Shown: positions 20,692 through 31,366, counted from the stretch's first letter. The stretch is DNA of 64,000 nt from Gemmatimonadota bacterium (GCA_046758745.1 JBHIAV010000011.1:10952-74951), one strand, 5' to 3'. The notes: generated from the sequence alone by a model not told the origin. Program-made: numbers and translations.

Positions 20692-21066
20692 CTAGTGAAG
20701 CTGGAGTAGGAAGCGCGGGATCTCGGCCCGAAAGAGTGACCCGTCGTCCCGCTGGAAGAGGTAGCTCCCCTCCATGTGGCCGTGCGCGCCTCGTAGGATG
20801 CAGAAGCTCTCGTACTCGTGCACGTCACCTGGCTCCAGGACGGGCTGCTCCCCTACGACCCCCTCGCCCTCCACCTCGTGATCCCCGCCCACGGGATCGT
20901 GGATGTACCAGTACCGGCTCAGGAGCTGTGCCGCGTGCTCACCGACGTTCTCGATACAGATCCGGTACGTGAAGACGTAGCGGCCTGCCCGCGGGTCGGA
21001 GTGCGCGGGCGAGTAGGTCGGCAGGGCGCCGATCCGGATTCCTTCGGTTAGACGATACGTGAACAT
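20692..21066 (-). CDS. apaG: ApaG protein
   Basis: YVFTYRI.IEN.G...QLLSR.W.I, V.GEGVVGEQP.L.PG, G.MEG.Y. Confidence 0.93.
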   Translation of the reverse strand: MFTYRLTEGIRIGALPTYSPAHSDPRAGRYVFTYRICIENVGEHAAQLLSRYWYIHDPVGGDHEVEGEGVVGEQPVLEPGDVHEYESFCILRGAHGHMEGSYLFQRDDGSLFRAEIPRFLLQLH

Positions 21067-21505
21067 CGTGATGTGACGGAGCGGCGGCGCGGTGTGGGTC
21101 GTTCCGCTCCCGCGCGTCGCGGTCCCGGGCGTTTGGGCTCCGGGTGCGCGTCGCCCCTCACCCCCCGCCGATCCGTGCTCGGGGTTTCGTTCGATGCAGC
21201 CACCGGCTGAATGCCGCGGGCAGAGAACGTGCCGTGCCGTTCTACCGTCGCTCGTCCACGACCCGATGCCATCGCTCTCCCCGATTCGGCGCCGCATGTA
21301 GCGAACCCGAAAAATTGTTTCCCGCTCGGGCCACCGCCAGGGCCGCTCCTCTGTCCTGCGCGGACCGTCGCCGACCGCCGAAGCCGGTGGAAGCCAGCGT
21401 CCGCCCTAGGAAGCTCGCCTCGCCGTGCGTTCGCGGCACCTCATGCACATGGCCGCTTCACGTGGCGGATTCACATGCCGAAACGGGATGGGCCTTCGAA
21501 GATCC

Positions 21506-21559
21506 TTGACGACCTCCCTTAACGCCGTTAACTTAACGATGTTAAATTAACGGCGTTCA
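21506..21559 (+). promoter_or_regulatory. Putative promoter (-35 TTGACG) overlapped by three TTAACnnnGTTAA palindromes, likely TetR operators
   Basis: Sites at 21519, 21533 and 21547 with 14-bp period, immediately upstream of the TetR gene. Confidence 0.75.
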
Positions 21560-21573
21560 CCCATGGGGTTGCG

Positions 21574-22212
21574 ATGTCACCGAAGGTTGCCGATCCGGTG
21601 CGGGCCGCTGAGACGGAGGCGCAGATCCTGGGGGCAGCGCTGGATCTGCTGGCCGAGGGCGGGGCGGAGGCGCTCTCGATGCGCGCTCTGGCGGCGCGTG
21701 TCGGGCTAAGCGCGACAGCCATCTACAACTACTTCGAGAACAAGCAGGCGCTCGTCGATCGGGTCGTGGCCCGCGGCTTCGGCCGGCTCGAGGGCTACCT
21801 GTGGTCGGCGATCGAGCCGGTGCCAGCCGGGAGCATCGAGCGGCTGACGGCGCTCGGTGAGGCGTACATCCGATTCGCGGTCGAGAACGAACAGCACTTC
21901 AAGGTGATCTTCACCATCCAGCCGGCGGATCCGCGGGAGATCCAGGATCTCCCGGGCGGTGGCGGCTACCGGATCCTGCGCCGGTGCGTGGTGGAAGCGA
22001 TTGACGCCGGCACGGTCCGGCGCACCGACCCGGACCTGCTGGCGCTCTACCTGTGGACGCACATCCACGGGCTCGTGACGCTCTTCCTGGCGTGCGACCC
22101 CACGGCGGAGTGCCAGGATGTACACCTCCAGATGCCCGAGGGCGAACACCGAATGCTGTACCTGTTTCGCCGGTTCGTCGACCTGGTGAGGCACGGACTG
22201 GTAGAGAGTTGA
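21574..22212 (+). CDS. TetR/AcrR family regulator (WHG-type C-terminal domain)
   Basis: LSMRALAARVGLSATAIYNYFENK helix-turn-helix; W..IHG motif. Confidence 0.92.
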   Translation: MSPKVADPVRAAETEAQILGAALDLLAEGGAEALSMRALAARVGLSATAIYNYFENKQALVDRVVARGFGRLEGYLWSAIEPVPAGSIERLTALGEAYIRFAVENEQHFKVIFTIQPADPREIQDLPGGGGYRILRRCVVEAIDAGTVRRTDPDLLALYLWTHIHGLVTLFLACDPTAECQDVHLQMPEGEHRMLYLFRRFVDLVRHGLVES

Positions 22213-22255
22213 GCCGCCGGCCGGGCGGCTTCCAAACGCCTTGCAGGAGGGGAAC

Positions 22256-23854
22256 GTGGGCAGGAACGGGAGGGCTCGGCGAGAGGGCATCGGGGCGGGC
22301 GGCGGCGTGGGGTTCCGGGCCGCTCTCGCCGGCGCCCTGATGCTCGGCTCCGCGGGGTTCGTGTTCGGGCAGAGCGCGGTCGCCGTCTCCACACGGGGCC
22401 CAACGGCCGGAAGCTACTCACTCGAGCGCGCGGTCGCGTACGCGCTTGAGTTCAACCGGGAGCTACGTCTCGCGCGCCTGGAGCTGGATCGGGCGGGCCA
22501 GCAGGTGCGTGAAGCCCGAGGCTCCCTGTTTCCCGAGATCGAGGCGACGCTCCGGTATCAGCGCAATGTGCAGGTGCCGGAGGCCTTCCTTCCCGCCGTC
22601 ATCTTCGATCCGACGGCGCCGCCGAACGAGCTGATCCCGGTTCGCTTCGGGGCGGACAACACCTGGGTCGCGCGCCTCTCCGTCACCCAGCCGCTCTTCG
22701 ATGCGGCCCTGTTCGTCGGGGTGGGCACGGCCGGCCGTTTCCGCGCCCTTCAGAAAGAGACCCTCAGGGCTCGCGCACATCGGGTAGCTTCGGAGGTGCG
22801 GCGCGCCTACCTGGATGCGCTCCTGGCGGCGGAGCAGGTGCGGGTGACACAGAACAGCGTCGAGCGCGTGGAGAAGACCCTGGAGGAGACCCGGGCGCTG
22901 AATCGAGCCGGACTGGCGAGCGACTATGATGTGCTTCGGCTCGAGGTGCAGCTCGCCAACGTGAAGCCGAGCCTCCGGCGGAACGTGAACGCCGTAGCCG
23001 AAGCCGGACGTGTCCTGGCAATCCGGATGGGGATGGACGAGGGACGCGCGGTCGGCGTCACCGGAGAGCTGCACCAGGTCGATCTGAGCTCTGCGGAGGC
23101 GAACACGGGAGCGAACCGGGCACTCCTCGCCTTCGCCGGCTACGCGAGAGCGCTTGAGGCGTCGTTCGAGGAGCTGTACGCGACTGCCAGGCGCATGCGT
23201 CCGGAGATCCGGCAGGTGGCTCTCGAGGAGGATCTGGAACGGGCGCGGCTCGCCTTTGAGCGGTCCGACCTCCTGCCCCGCCTCTCGGCCTTCTTCAACT
23301 ACGACCTGACCGCGCAGGAGAACGGCAGTCCGAGCTTCTTCGGTGAGAATCCGAATCAGCGGACCGCCACCGCGCAGGTCGGCGTCAAGCTCGAGCTGCC
23401 CATCTTCGCCGGACTGAGCCGCTGGTCCCGCGTCGAGCAGCAGAAGGTCCGGGTGCGGCAAGCCGAAGTGAGTCGGAGCGAGCTCGAGCGGCGCGTGGAA
23501 AACGAGGTCCGGACGGCTCTCGAGGCCCTCGAGGAGTCGAGGGCCCGCGGCGCGGCTCAGCGTCGGGCGGTCCGCCAGGCGAGCCGCGGCTTCGAGATCG
23601 TGACCGCGGAGTATCTTGCCGGAACGAGCTCGCGCCTGGAGGTGACCGATGCCGAGCTGGCGCTTCGGCAGGCCGAGCTCAACTACGCGCAGGCAGTGTA
23701 CGACTACCTCGCCGGCCAGGCAGCTGTGGACGAGGCGGTCGGTGTGATTCCCGTGGTCGACGCGGCGCGGATCGCGGCCGAGGAGACGCGCATCTCTCGC
23801 GTCTTGCCGGGCGGTGACGAGGGGCCCGACGACGGGGAGGGGAAGGCGGAATGA
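22256..23854 (+). CDS. TolC-family outer membrane efflux protein
   Basis: SLERAVAYALEFN and duplicated OEP-type helical repeats; GTG start after AGGAGG. Confidence 0.88.
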   Translation: MGRNGRARREGIGAGGGVGFRAALAGALMLGSAGFVFGQSAVAVSTRGPTAGSYSLERAVAYALEFNRELRLARLELDRAGQQVREARGSLFPEIEATLRYQRNVQVPEAFLPAVIFDPTAPPNELIPVRFGADNTWVARLSVTQPLFDAALFVGVGTAGRFRALQKETLRARAHRVASEVRRAYLDALLAAEQVRVTQNSVERVEKTLEETRALNRAGLASDYDVLRLEVQLANVKPSLRRNVNAVAEAGRVLAIRMGMDEGRAVGVTGELHQVDLSSAEANTGANRALLAFAGYARALEASFEELYATARRMRPEIRQVALEEDLERARLAFERSDLLPRLSAFFNYDLTAQENGSPSFFGENPNQRTATAQVGVKLELPIFAGLSRWSRVEQQKVRVRQAEVSRSELERRVENEVRTALEALEESRARGAAQRRAVRQASRGFEIVTAEYLAGTSSRLEVTDAELALRQAELNYAQAVYDYLAGQAAVDEAVGVIPVVDAARIAAEETRISRVLPGGDEGPDDGEGKAE

Positions 23855-24969
23855 GGATGGATCGAAAGAAGGGATTCCTGCCTCTGCTCGCCGCCGCGGT
23901 GACGGCGTGGGCCGCCGCCTGCGGGCCTTCTCGAGCGAGCGAGGGGAGCGAAGGGGGGGACGGATCGGACGCGGCCTCGGAGTTCGTCCGCACCGTGAAC
24001 GTCGAAGTCCAAGCGGTGAAGCCGAGCCAGTTCGTACGCCGGGTGCGGATTACCGGCGCGGTGGAAGCGCTGCACGACGTCACCGTGAGCGCGCAGGAGA
24101 GCGGCGTCATCCTCCGTTTCCTCGCGGAGAAGGGCGAGACGGTACGAGCCGGACAGGCGCTTGCGCGGATCGACGACAAGGTGCTGCGGGCGCGGGTCGA
24201 GGAGGCGCGGGCCGTGGAGCGCCTGGCTCGCGAGCGGCACGAGCGGCAACGCCGGCTGTGGGAGGAGGAGCGCATCGGGAGCGAGATGGCATTCCTGCAG
24301 ACGAAGTACGATGCTGCCTCGGCAGCCGCCCGTCTGGCCAATCTCGAGGCGCGGCTCGCACGCACCCGCATCACCACCCCGATCTCCGGGATCTTCGATC
24401 AGCGCTTCGTGGACGCCGGGGAGATGGTCTCCCCCGGCACTCCGGTGGCGCGCGTGATCCAGACGGCCCGGCTCAAGATCGTCGGAGGGGTCCCCGAGCG
24501 CTTCGCGGCCCACGTAGAGGTCGGGGGAGAGGCCGAGGTCACGTTCGACATCTTCCCCGGCCGGACGTTCACGGGAAGGATCGGGTTCGTGGGTAGCAGC
24601 GTGGACGAGCAGAGCCGCACCTTCCCGATCGAGATCCTGTTGGAGAACCCCGGTCGCCTGGTAAAGCCTCAGATGGTGGCCAACGTCGAAGTTCCGGTCC
24701 AGCGCCTCGCCGGTGTGATCGTGGTGCCGCAGGAGGTCCTCCAGCGGACGGAGGAGGGCTATCAGCTCCTGGTCGTGGGGGAAGCGGACGGAGTCCACAC
24801 GGCGGAGGCCCGCGACGTGTTGGTCGGACCTTCGTCCGGAAACCGGACGGTGATCGAGGAGGGGCTGGAGCCGGGAGATCGGTTGATCGTGCGCGGCTTC
24901 CAGCTCGTCGCCCCCGGCGACCGGGTTCGCATCGTCAAGCGCGCAGCGGCAGGAACGGCGCCTCGTTGA
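23851..24969 (+). CDS. RND efflux periplasmic adaptor (MFP), lipoprotein
   Basis: Lipobox AAAC, biotinyl-lipoyl-like V..G..L..ID, I..PISG, SRTF.IEI. Confidence 0.9.
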   Translation: MRMDRKKGFLPLLAAAVTAWAAACGPSRASEGSEGGDGSDAASEFVRTVNVEVQAVKPSQFVRRVRITGAVEALHDVTVSAQESGVILRFLAEKGETVRAGQALARIDDKVLRARVEEARAVERLARERHERQRRLWEEERIGSEMAFLQTKYDAASAAARLANLEARLARTRITTPISGIFDQRFVDAGEMVSPGTPVARVIQTARLKIVGGVPERFAAHVEVGGEAEVTFDIFPGRTFTGRIGFVGSSVDEQSRTFPIEILLENPGRLVKPQMVANVEVPVQRLAGVIVVPQEVLQRTEEGYQLLVVGEADGVHTAEARDVLVGPSSGNRTVIEEGLEPGDRLIVRGFQLVAPGDRVRIVKRAAAGTAPR

Positions 24970-25019
24970 CCGATCCGCCGGCTGCCAACGAAGCGGGCCG
25001 AGGGCTAAGGGAGTGAGGG

Positions 25020-28000
25020 ATGACGCATAGGGATCCGCGCGGCGGAGACGGCGACTCGCGGGAAGACGTGCGGGTGCCGTCGGACGTGCCCCCGGGCGCG
25101 GGTGGTGGGGAGGGGACCCGCCGCGGCTCCGGCCGATACAGAATGTTCTGGCTCACCTCCTTCGCGGTGGACCATCCGACCAGTGTGCTGGTGTTGATGG
25201 TCCTCATCATCATCGCCGGGCTCATCTCGTACCTGCAAGTGCCGAAGGAGGCAGCGCCGGACATCACCGTCCCGTACATCGCGGTCAACACCATCTACGA
25301 GGGGGTCGCCCCGGAGGATATCGAGTCCCTCGTCACCCGCCCGCTCGAGGAGGAGCTCAACAAGATCTCCGACATCAAGGCACTCACCTCAACCTCCGTC
25401 GAGGGCTACTCGAGCATCACGGCCGAGTTCGCTGCCGGTATGGACATGACGGAGGCGCTCCAGCTTGTGCGGGAGAAGGTCGACATCGCCAAGCCCGAGA
25501 TTCCGGATGGCGCCGAGGAGCCGACGATCGTGGAGTTCAACATCTCCGAATTCCCGATCATGCAGGTGAACGTTGCGGGGGAGTACAGCCTGACGCGCCT
25601 CAAGGATCTCGCCGAGGACCTGGAGGAGCGCATCGAACAGATCTCCTCGGTTCTCGAGGTGTCGCTCTCCGGCGGACTCGAGCGCGAGGTAAAGGTCGAG
25701 GTCGACCTGGCGAGGCTGAAGTTCTACGGGATCTCGTTCGATGATGTGATCGACGCGGTACGCGAGGAGAACGTGACGATCCCGGGCGGCACGATCGATG
25801 TGGGGACTCTCAAGTACCTGGTTCGCGTGCCGGGCGAGTTCGAAGAGACACAGCCGATCGAGGACATCGTCATCACGGCTCCCGGCGACCGGCCCGTGTA
25901 TCTGCGCGACGTGGCTCGGGTGGACTTCGGGTTCAAGGAGCGGGAGAGCTTTGCGCGTCTCAACGGGAATCCCGTGGTGACGCTGAATGTCAGCAAGCGC
26001 ACCGGCGAGAACATCATCGAGACCGCGGACGCCGTGAAGGCGGTCATCGAGGAGATGCGCCCGAGCTTCCCGCCCACCACGGTGGTGCAGATCACCTCCG
26101 ATGAGTCAGACATGGTGCGGAACATGGTGAGCAGCCTGGAGAACAACATCATCTCCGGCCTCATCCTCGTTGTCGCCGTGCTTCTCTTCGCGCTCGGCGT
26201 TTGGAACGCCTCGTTCGTCGGCGTCGCGATCCCGCTCTCCATGTTCCTGTCGTTCAGCGTGATGCAGCTGCTGGGCTTCACCATGAACATGGTGGTGCTC
26301 TTCTCGCTGATCCTGGCACTCGGAATGCTGGTAGACAACGCGATCGTCATCGTCGAGAACATCTATCGCTTCCGAGAGCAGGGGTACGACAAGCGGACCG
26401 CCGCCAAGCTCGCCACGGCCGAGGTGGCGATGCCGGTAATCGCCGCCACCGCCACGACGCTCGCCGCCTTCGCGCCGATGGCCTTCTGGCCCGGGATCGT
26501 AGGCGAGTTCATGGGCTACCTTCCGAAGACGCTCATCATCACGCTGAGCTCGTCGCTGTTCGTGGGGCTCGTCGTGAGTCCGACCCTGTGCTCGCTGTTC
26601 ATGCGGGGGACGATGGACCGACCGCGCGGCCTCACGCGCGAGATGCGATGGACGCTGCTGGGGGCCGCAGGCGTGGCGTTCGCGGTAGGGCTCTTCCTTC
26701 GCCCGCTCCCGACGGTGCTCCTCGCCCTCACGGCGGTGGGACTCCTCGCGCTGTACCGTCGCGAGCTCGAGCCGGCCAGCCGGTGGGTACAGGAGAGGGC
26801 CGTGCCGGCCATCCTGGTCCGCTACGAGCGCGCGCTGCGCTGGGCTCTGGCGCACCGCTGGCGGGTGATCGGCGGGACCGCAGCGCTCCTCGTGGTCTCG
26901 CTGGGGGCGTTCCGTCACCTCAACGCCGGCATCGAGTTTTTCCCGGAGGACATCCCGCCCGAGACGGTGTGGGTGCAGGTGGAAGCCCCGACCGGCACGC
27001 GGGCCGAGGAGACGGATGCGCTCGTGCGCCGGATCGAGACGGAGCTCGCCGCCCTCGAGGGCCGGGAGGACTTCGAGTCGGTGGTGGCCACCGTGGGCTC
27101 CAGGACCGCGGGCTTCGGGAGCGAATCGGGCACTCATCTGGCAACGGTGGCGGTGAGCTTCGTCGACTACCAGGAGCGGCGCCGCGATGCGTTCGAGACG
27201 GTGGAGCGCATGCGGAGCGAGATCGGGCGCGACATCGCCGGCGCCACCATCTCGGTTGACCTGCCGGAGCCCGGCCCGCCGACCGGCCTGCCGGTGAACG
27301 TCGAGATCGTGGGCGAGGATGCTGCGGTGCTGAAGCGTCTGGCGGACCGGGCCGTCTCGATCCTCTCCCAAGCCCCCGTGGCGGCGAAGCTGGAGGGGCT
27401 GGAGAGCGACCTCGACGACGCGCGGCCCGAGCTCACCGTCGAGGTGGACCGCGAACGAGCCGCCCTCTTCGGGCTCACCACCGAGGAGGTCGGGTTCACC
27501 GTTCGCAGCGCGATCAACGGCACCGTCGCTTCGGAGTTCCGGGACGGCGAGGATGAGTACGACATCGTCGTACGGCTCGCCGAGCCGTACCGGCGAGACC
27601 TCGGCTCCCTGGCGGACCTCACCGTCTCCACCGAGGAGGGCCGGCAGATCCCTCTCCCGTCAATCGCCACGTGGAGCGTGAACGAGAGCTTCAGTGGGAT
27701 CAACCGGAAGGACCTCGACCGCATGGTCACTGTCTCGGCCGATGTGCGGTCGGATTACAACGCCAACGCGGTGCTCGCCGAGGTGCAGGAGGCGCTCGCC
27801 GAGTTCACCCGCACGCTACCGGCTGGTTACCGGTTGCAGTACACCGGCCAGCAGGAGGAGCAAGAGGAGTCCCAGGCCTTCCTCCTCGGTGCGTTCGCGG
27901 TGGCCCTGCTCTTGATCGGGTTCATCCTCGTTTCCCAGTTCGACTCCGTGCTCAAGCCGCTCCTCATTCTGAGCTCGGTCATCCTGTCGACCATCGGCGT

Positions 28001-28535
28001 GCTGCTCGGCCTGCTCGTCTTCCGTATGCCGTTCGGAGTCATCATGACCGGCGTCGGCGTGATCAGCTTGGCCGGCGTCGTGGTGAACAACGCGATCGTC
28101 CTCGTCGACTACATCGCCGTCCTGCGGACTCGCGATGGGATCGAGCCCAGGGACTCGCTCGTGCGGGGAGGGCTGACCCGCTTCCGTCCCGTCATGCTCA
28201 CCGCGATCACGACGGTGGTGGGCCTGACGCCACTCGCCATAGGTCTCAACTTCGACTTCAACGGCCTCTACTCGCGGCTCAATCCCGACATCTACTGGGG
28301 CGGCGAGCAAGCGGCCTGGTGGGCGCCGATGGCCATCGCGGTGATCGCGGGCCTCTCCTTCGCGACCTTCCTCACCCTCGTCCTCGTGCCGGTGCTTCAC
28401 TCGGTGATCGACGATGTGGAGGAGTTTCTTCGTCGACGTCTCCTGGGCCGGCCCGAGGCGGTGGATGAGGCGGAGGGTCCGGGCGCCGCGTCCGATGAGA
28501 CCGAGGGCGTGAAGCCGGAGTTGGCCACCGCGTAG
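25020..28535 (+). CDS. RND efflux transporter permease (AcrB family)
   Basis: GMLVDNAIVIVENI, GVVVNNAIVLVD, RFRPVMLTA.TT. Confidence 0.94.
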   Translation: MTHRDPRGGDGDSREDVRVPSDVPPGAGGGEGTRRGSGRYRMFWLTSFAVDHPTSVLVLMVLIIIAGLISYLQVPKEAAPDITVPYIAVNTIYEGVAPEDIESLVTRPLEEELNKISDIKALTSTSVEGYSSITAEFAAGMDMTEALQLVREKVDIAKPEIPDGAEEPTIVEFNISEFPIMQVNVAGEYSLTRLKDLAEDLEERIEQISSVLEVSLSGGLEREVKVEVDLARLKFYGISFDDVIDAVREENVTIPGGTIDVGTLKYLVRVPGEFEETQPIEDIVITAPGDRPVYLRDVARVDFGFKERESFARLNGNPVVTLNVSKRTGENIIETADAVKAVIEEMRPSFPPTTVVQITSDESDMVRNMVSSLENNIISGLILVVAVLLFALGVWNASFVGVAIPLSMFLSFSVMQLLGFTMNMVVLFSLILALGMLVDNAIVIVENIYRFREQGYDKRTAAKLATAEVAMPVIAATATTLAAFAPMAFWPGIVGEFMGYLPKTLIITLSSSLFVGLVVSPTLCSLFMRGTMDRPRGLTREMRWTLLGAAGVAFAVGLFLRPLPTVLLALTAVGLLALYRRELEPASRWVQERAVPAILVRYERALRWALAHRWRVIGGTAALLVVSLGAFRHLNAGIEFFPEDIPPETVWVQVEAPTGTRAEETDALVRRIETELAALEGREDFESVVATVGSRTAGFGSESGTHLATVAVSFVDYQERRRDAFETVERMRSEIGRDIAGATISVDLPEPGPPTGLPVNVEIVGEDAAVLKRLADRAVSILSQAPVAAKLEGLESDLDDARPELTVEVDRERAALFGLTTEEVGFTVRSAINGTVASEFRDGEDEYDIVVRLAEPYRRDLGSLADLTVSTEEGRQIPLPSIATWSVNESFSGINRKDLDRMVTVSADVRSDYNANAVLAEVQEALAEFTRTLPAGYRLQYTGQQEEQEESQAFLLGAFAVALLLIGFILVSQFDSVLKPLLILSSVILSTIGVLLGLLVFRMPFGVIMTGVGVISLAGVVVNNAIVLVDYIAVLRTRDGIEPRDSLVRGGLTRFRPVMLTAITTVVGLTPLAIGLNFDFNGLYSRLNPDIYWGGEQAAWWAPMAIAVIAGLSFATFLTLVLVPVLHSVIDDVEEFLRRRLLGRPEAVDEAEGPGAASDETEGVKPELATA

Positions 28536-28556
28536 GCCGCCGCGGCGGCTGCCGCG

Positions 28557-29753
28557 TCAGCCCGCTATCGTCCCCAGGATCCACGCGCATCCGAGCGCGG
28601 CGTAGATCCCCAGAACGTATCCCGCGACAGCCATGAGGAGCCCGACCGGGGCCATCGCGGGGTGGTACACCCCCGCGACGACCGGGCACGAGGCGGCGCC
28701 GCCCACGTTCGCCATGCTCCCCGTGGCGAAGAAGAAGAGCGGGGCACGCACCACACGGGCCACGGAAAGAAGGACAGCGCCATGCACGGCGATCCACACC
28801 ACCCCGGTGAGCAGAAAGACCGGGGCCGCAAGCACCGCCCTCAGATCCGCCTGAGCCCCGATAGCCGTGAGTAGTAGGTACAGAGCCGTGTATCCGAGGC
28901 GCGAGGCTCCGCGCTCCTCGAGCTTTCGGACCGGGGTGAAGGAGAGGAGAAGGCCGCCTGTCACGACGATGAGCACGGCCCACGTGGTGTGGCTCAGGAT
29001 CGTCGGATCTCCCACGTCCGGCAGGACGGCGCCGGCCTGCAGCGCGAGCAGGGAACCCCCGAACGCGAGCCCCACCAGGCCGACCGCGTCGCGCAGCTCG
29101 ATCGGGTGCCGATGGGCCGCCAGCTCCGCGAGACGCCGGTTCGTTTCCTCCAGCGCCTCCGTGCGCGCCTTGGTCCGACGATCATAGCGGGCCTGCCACC
29201 CCGAGAGGAACAAGAGCACGCCCATCCAGCCGTACCCCACGACGGTGTCCACCACGATGATCGGGCCCATGATCGAGTCCGGCGTTCCCACGCTCTCGGC
29301 GATCGCCACCATGTTCGCCGTGCCCCCGATCCAGCTCCCCGAGAGCGCGGCGAGCCCCTTCCACGCCTCGGCAGGCAGGTAGCCCCCGAGCAGGAGGTAG
29401 GCGACGGGTCCGCCGACCACGATTCCGACCGTGCCGGTGACCACCATGAGAAGGGCCGTCGGGCCGAGGCTGAGGACGCCCTTCATGTCTATGCTGACCA
29501 TCAGGAGAAGGAGCGCGATCGGCAGGAGCCACCGGACCATCCAGTCGTACGCCGGCGAAGCGGCGGGGGTGATCCCGAAAGTCGTCGACAGGGTGGGGAT
29601 GAAGTACGCGTAGATGACGGGCGGTGTCAGCTCGAAGAGCTTCTTCAGCCGCTCGAGTCCGCTCAGCCAGAAGATGAGCGCGAGGACGGCCGACAGGTAG
29701 CCGAACACGACCATGGGGTCCCGGAGGAGCGTGGTCGCGGCCTCCGCGTTCAC
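28557..29753 (-). CDS. DUF819 family membrane protein
   Basis: GSWIGGTANM and ANVGGAASCP re-entrant motifs; multi-TM. Confidence 0.85.
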   Translation of the reverse strand: MNAEAATTLLRDPMVVFGYLSAVLALIFWLSGLERLKKLFELTPPVIYAYFIPTLSTTFGITPAASPAYDWMVRWLLPIALLLLMVSIDMKGVLSLGPTALLMVVTGTVGIVVGGPVAYLLLGGYLPAEAWKGLAALSGSWIGGTANMVAIAESVGTPDSIMGPIIVVDTVVGYGWMGVLLFLSGWQARYDRRTKARTEALEETNRRLAELAAHRHPIELRDAVGLVGLAFGGSLLALQAGAVLPDVGDPTILSHTTWAVLIVVTGGLLLSFTPVRKLEERGASRLGYTALYLLLTAIGAQADLRAVLAAPVFLLTGVVWIAVHGAVLLSVARVVRAPLFFFATGSMANVGGAASCPVVAGVYHPAMAPVGLLMAVAGYVLGIYAALGCAWILGTIAG

Positions 29754-29876
29754 TCCTCCCCCTTCGCGAGCGGACCCCGGCGGACGAGACGCGCGACCCC
29801 TCCTCTCGGGCGGGCCGGCGTGGCGAGATGACCGGGAAGCTGTGAGCCCGCACGGGGGACGGGCAAGGCCCGTCGC

Positions 29877-31124
29877 TCACTCGATCACGATGTCGAGCCG
29901 GCCGTGGGCGCGGCGCAGGGCCCGCTCGACCTCATCCGGCGTGTCGCCGCGCGCGAAGAGAAAACCCAGGTAACGGTGCCCCTCCGGCAGCGGGATCAGC
30001 TCCTCGTCCGGCGGGATGGTGAGGAGGGCCTCCTCGATCCCCCGCACCAGACGCGCCGCCTCCAGCCCTCTCACCGCGCGCAGGGTGCCGCGCTTCGGGA
30101 TCGGAACCATCATCACCCCCGCGGCTCCGGCCTCACGCTCCAGCGTCTCGATCGGGAGTCCGACGGCGTGGCGAAGGATGAGCTCTTCCAGGGAGCTTCC
30201 GTCCGCGAAGCGGAGCACACGGGCGCACAGCCCTCCGATCGAGCGAGGCGCGACCTCGAGCAGCCACGCCCGGCCTTCGTGGATGCGGAACTCCGCGTGT
30301 ACCGGGCCCTCCCGGAGGCCGAGCGCCCCCACGGCGGCCTCGGCGCAGGCCACGACCGCACGCCGCACGCTCTCGCCGAGGCGCGAGGGAGTAAGGAGGA
30401 TCGTCTCCTCGAAGAAGGGGCCATCCAGCGGGTCGGGCTTGTCGAACAACGCCAGGGTGTGGAGCCGCCCGTCGACCAGGAGTCCCTCCAGCGCGACCTC
30501 CGCCCCCGGGAGGTAGTCCTCGATGAGGATGAGCCGCTCGACCGACGGGTCTCCCTCGGAGGAGCTCGCATCTGCGAGGATCCTGCTGATCCTGCGGTGC
30601 GCTGCGACGAAGGAGGGAGGATCGTCCGCGCGGATCACTCCGCGGCTCGCCGACAGATAGACGGGCTTGAGGACGCACGGGTACCGTGTCTCCGCCGCGG
30701 CCGGGCCCGGGTCCGAGCCGGTGGAGAAAAGGCGGAAGGCCGGGCCGGGCACTCCGGCGCGTCGTGCGAGCTCGCGCATCTCGTGCTTGTACAGCGCCGC
30801 TCGCACGGCCTCGGGCGGGTTGTGCGGGAGGTTCAGCGCCCGGGCCGCCCGCGCCGCGAGCACCGCCGCGCTGTCGTCCACCGAGACGACGGCCGCGAGG
30901 GGACGTCCCTCGGCCAGTCGGACGATCGCCTCGACGGAAGGCTGGAGCGACCGAAAGTCTAGCTCCAGGCTGCACGCAGGCGACAAGTCCGCGAGCGGGA
31001 GCCGGTGGTCCGAGCCGACCGCGGCGTCGAGTTCGAGCCGCTCTGCCGCCTCGAGGAAGGCCTGCGCGCGGTAGGTCGTGCGCGACATCAACAGGAGCAC
31101 ACGCGCTCCGGGCCGATGCTCCAC
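29877..31124 (-). CDS. ATP-grasp domain protein (L-amino-acid-ligase-like); start uncertain
   Basis: YPCVLKP..LSASRGVIRAD, IEDYLPG.EV..EG, HAEFR, LEVA.R..GG. Confidence 0.85.
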   Translation of the reverse strand: MEHRPGARVLLLMSRTTYRAQAFLEAAERLELDAAVGSDHRLPLADLSPACSLELDFRSLQPSVEAIVRLAEGRPLAAVVSVDDSAAVLAARAARALNLPHNPPEAVRAALYKHEMRELARRAGVPGPAFRLFSTGSDPGPAAAETRYPCVLKPVYLSASRGVIRADDPPSFVAAHRRISRILADASSSEGDPSVERLILIEDYLPGAEVALEGLLVDGRLHTLALFDKPDPLDGPFFEETILLTPSRLGESVRRAVVACAEAAVGALGLREGPVHAEFRIHEGRAWLLEVAPRSIGGLCARVLRFADGSSLEELILRHAVGLPIETLEREAGAAGVMMVPIPKRGTLRAVRGLEAARLVRGIEEALLTIPPDEELIPLPEGHRYLGFLFARGDTPDEVERALRRAHGRLDIVIE

Positions 31125-31181
31125 CCTCTCAACGGGTTGCACTTTTTTTCCGCTTCGGTCGCAATGTGCTATCCAGACCCC

Positions 31182-31197
31182 TGGCACCCCTGTGGCA
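31182..31197 (+). promoter_or_regulatory. Candidate sigma-54 promoter (TGGCACccctgTGGCA)
   Basis: GG and GC have the correct -24/-12 spacing; lies about 170 bp upstream of a pilin-like gene. Confidence 0.4.
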
Positions 31198-31366
31198 CGG
31201 TCGCAACAGGCCACGCCCTCTCGATGGCGCATCTCGCTCTGTCGTGTGGACTTGCGAAATGGCCTGGCAATTCCGGAACGCAGGCTCGGCTGTTGCTCTG
31301 TCCGGGCGCGCTCCCGCCCGTCGGCCGAGGGCCGGGGGGCGGCGCCGGATTTCAGGTGGAGTGATC

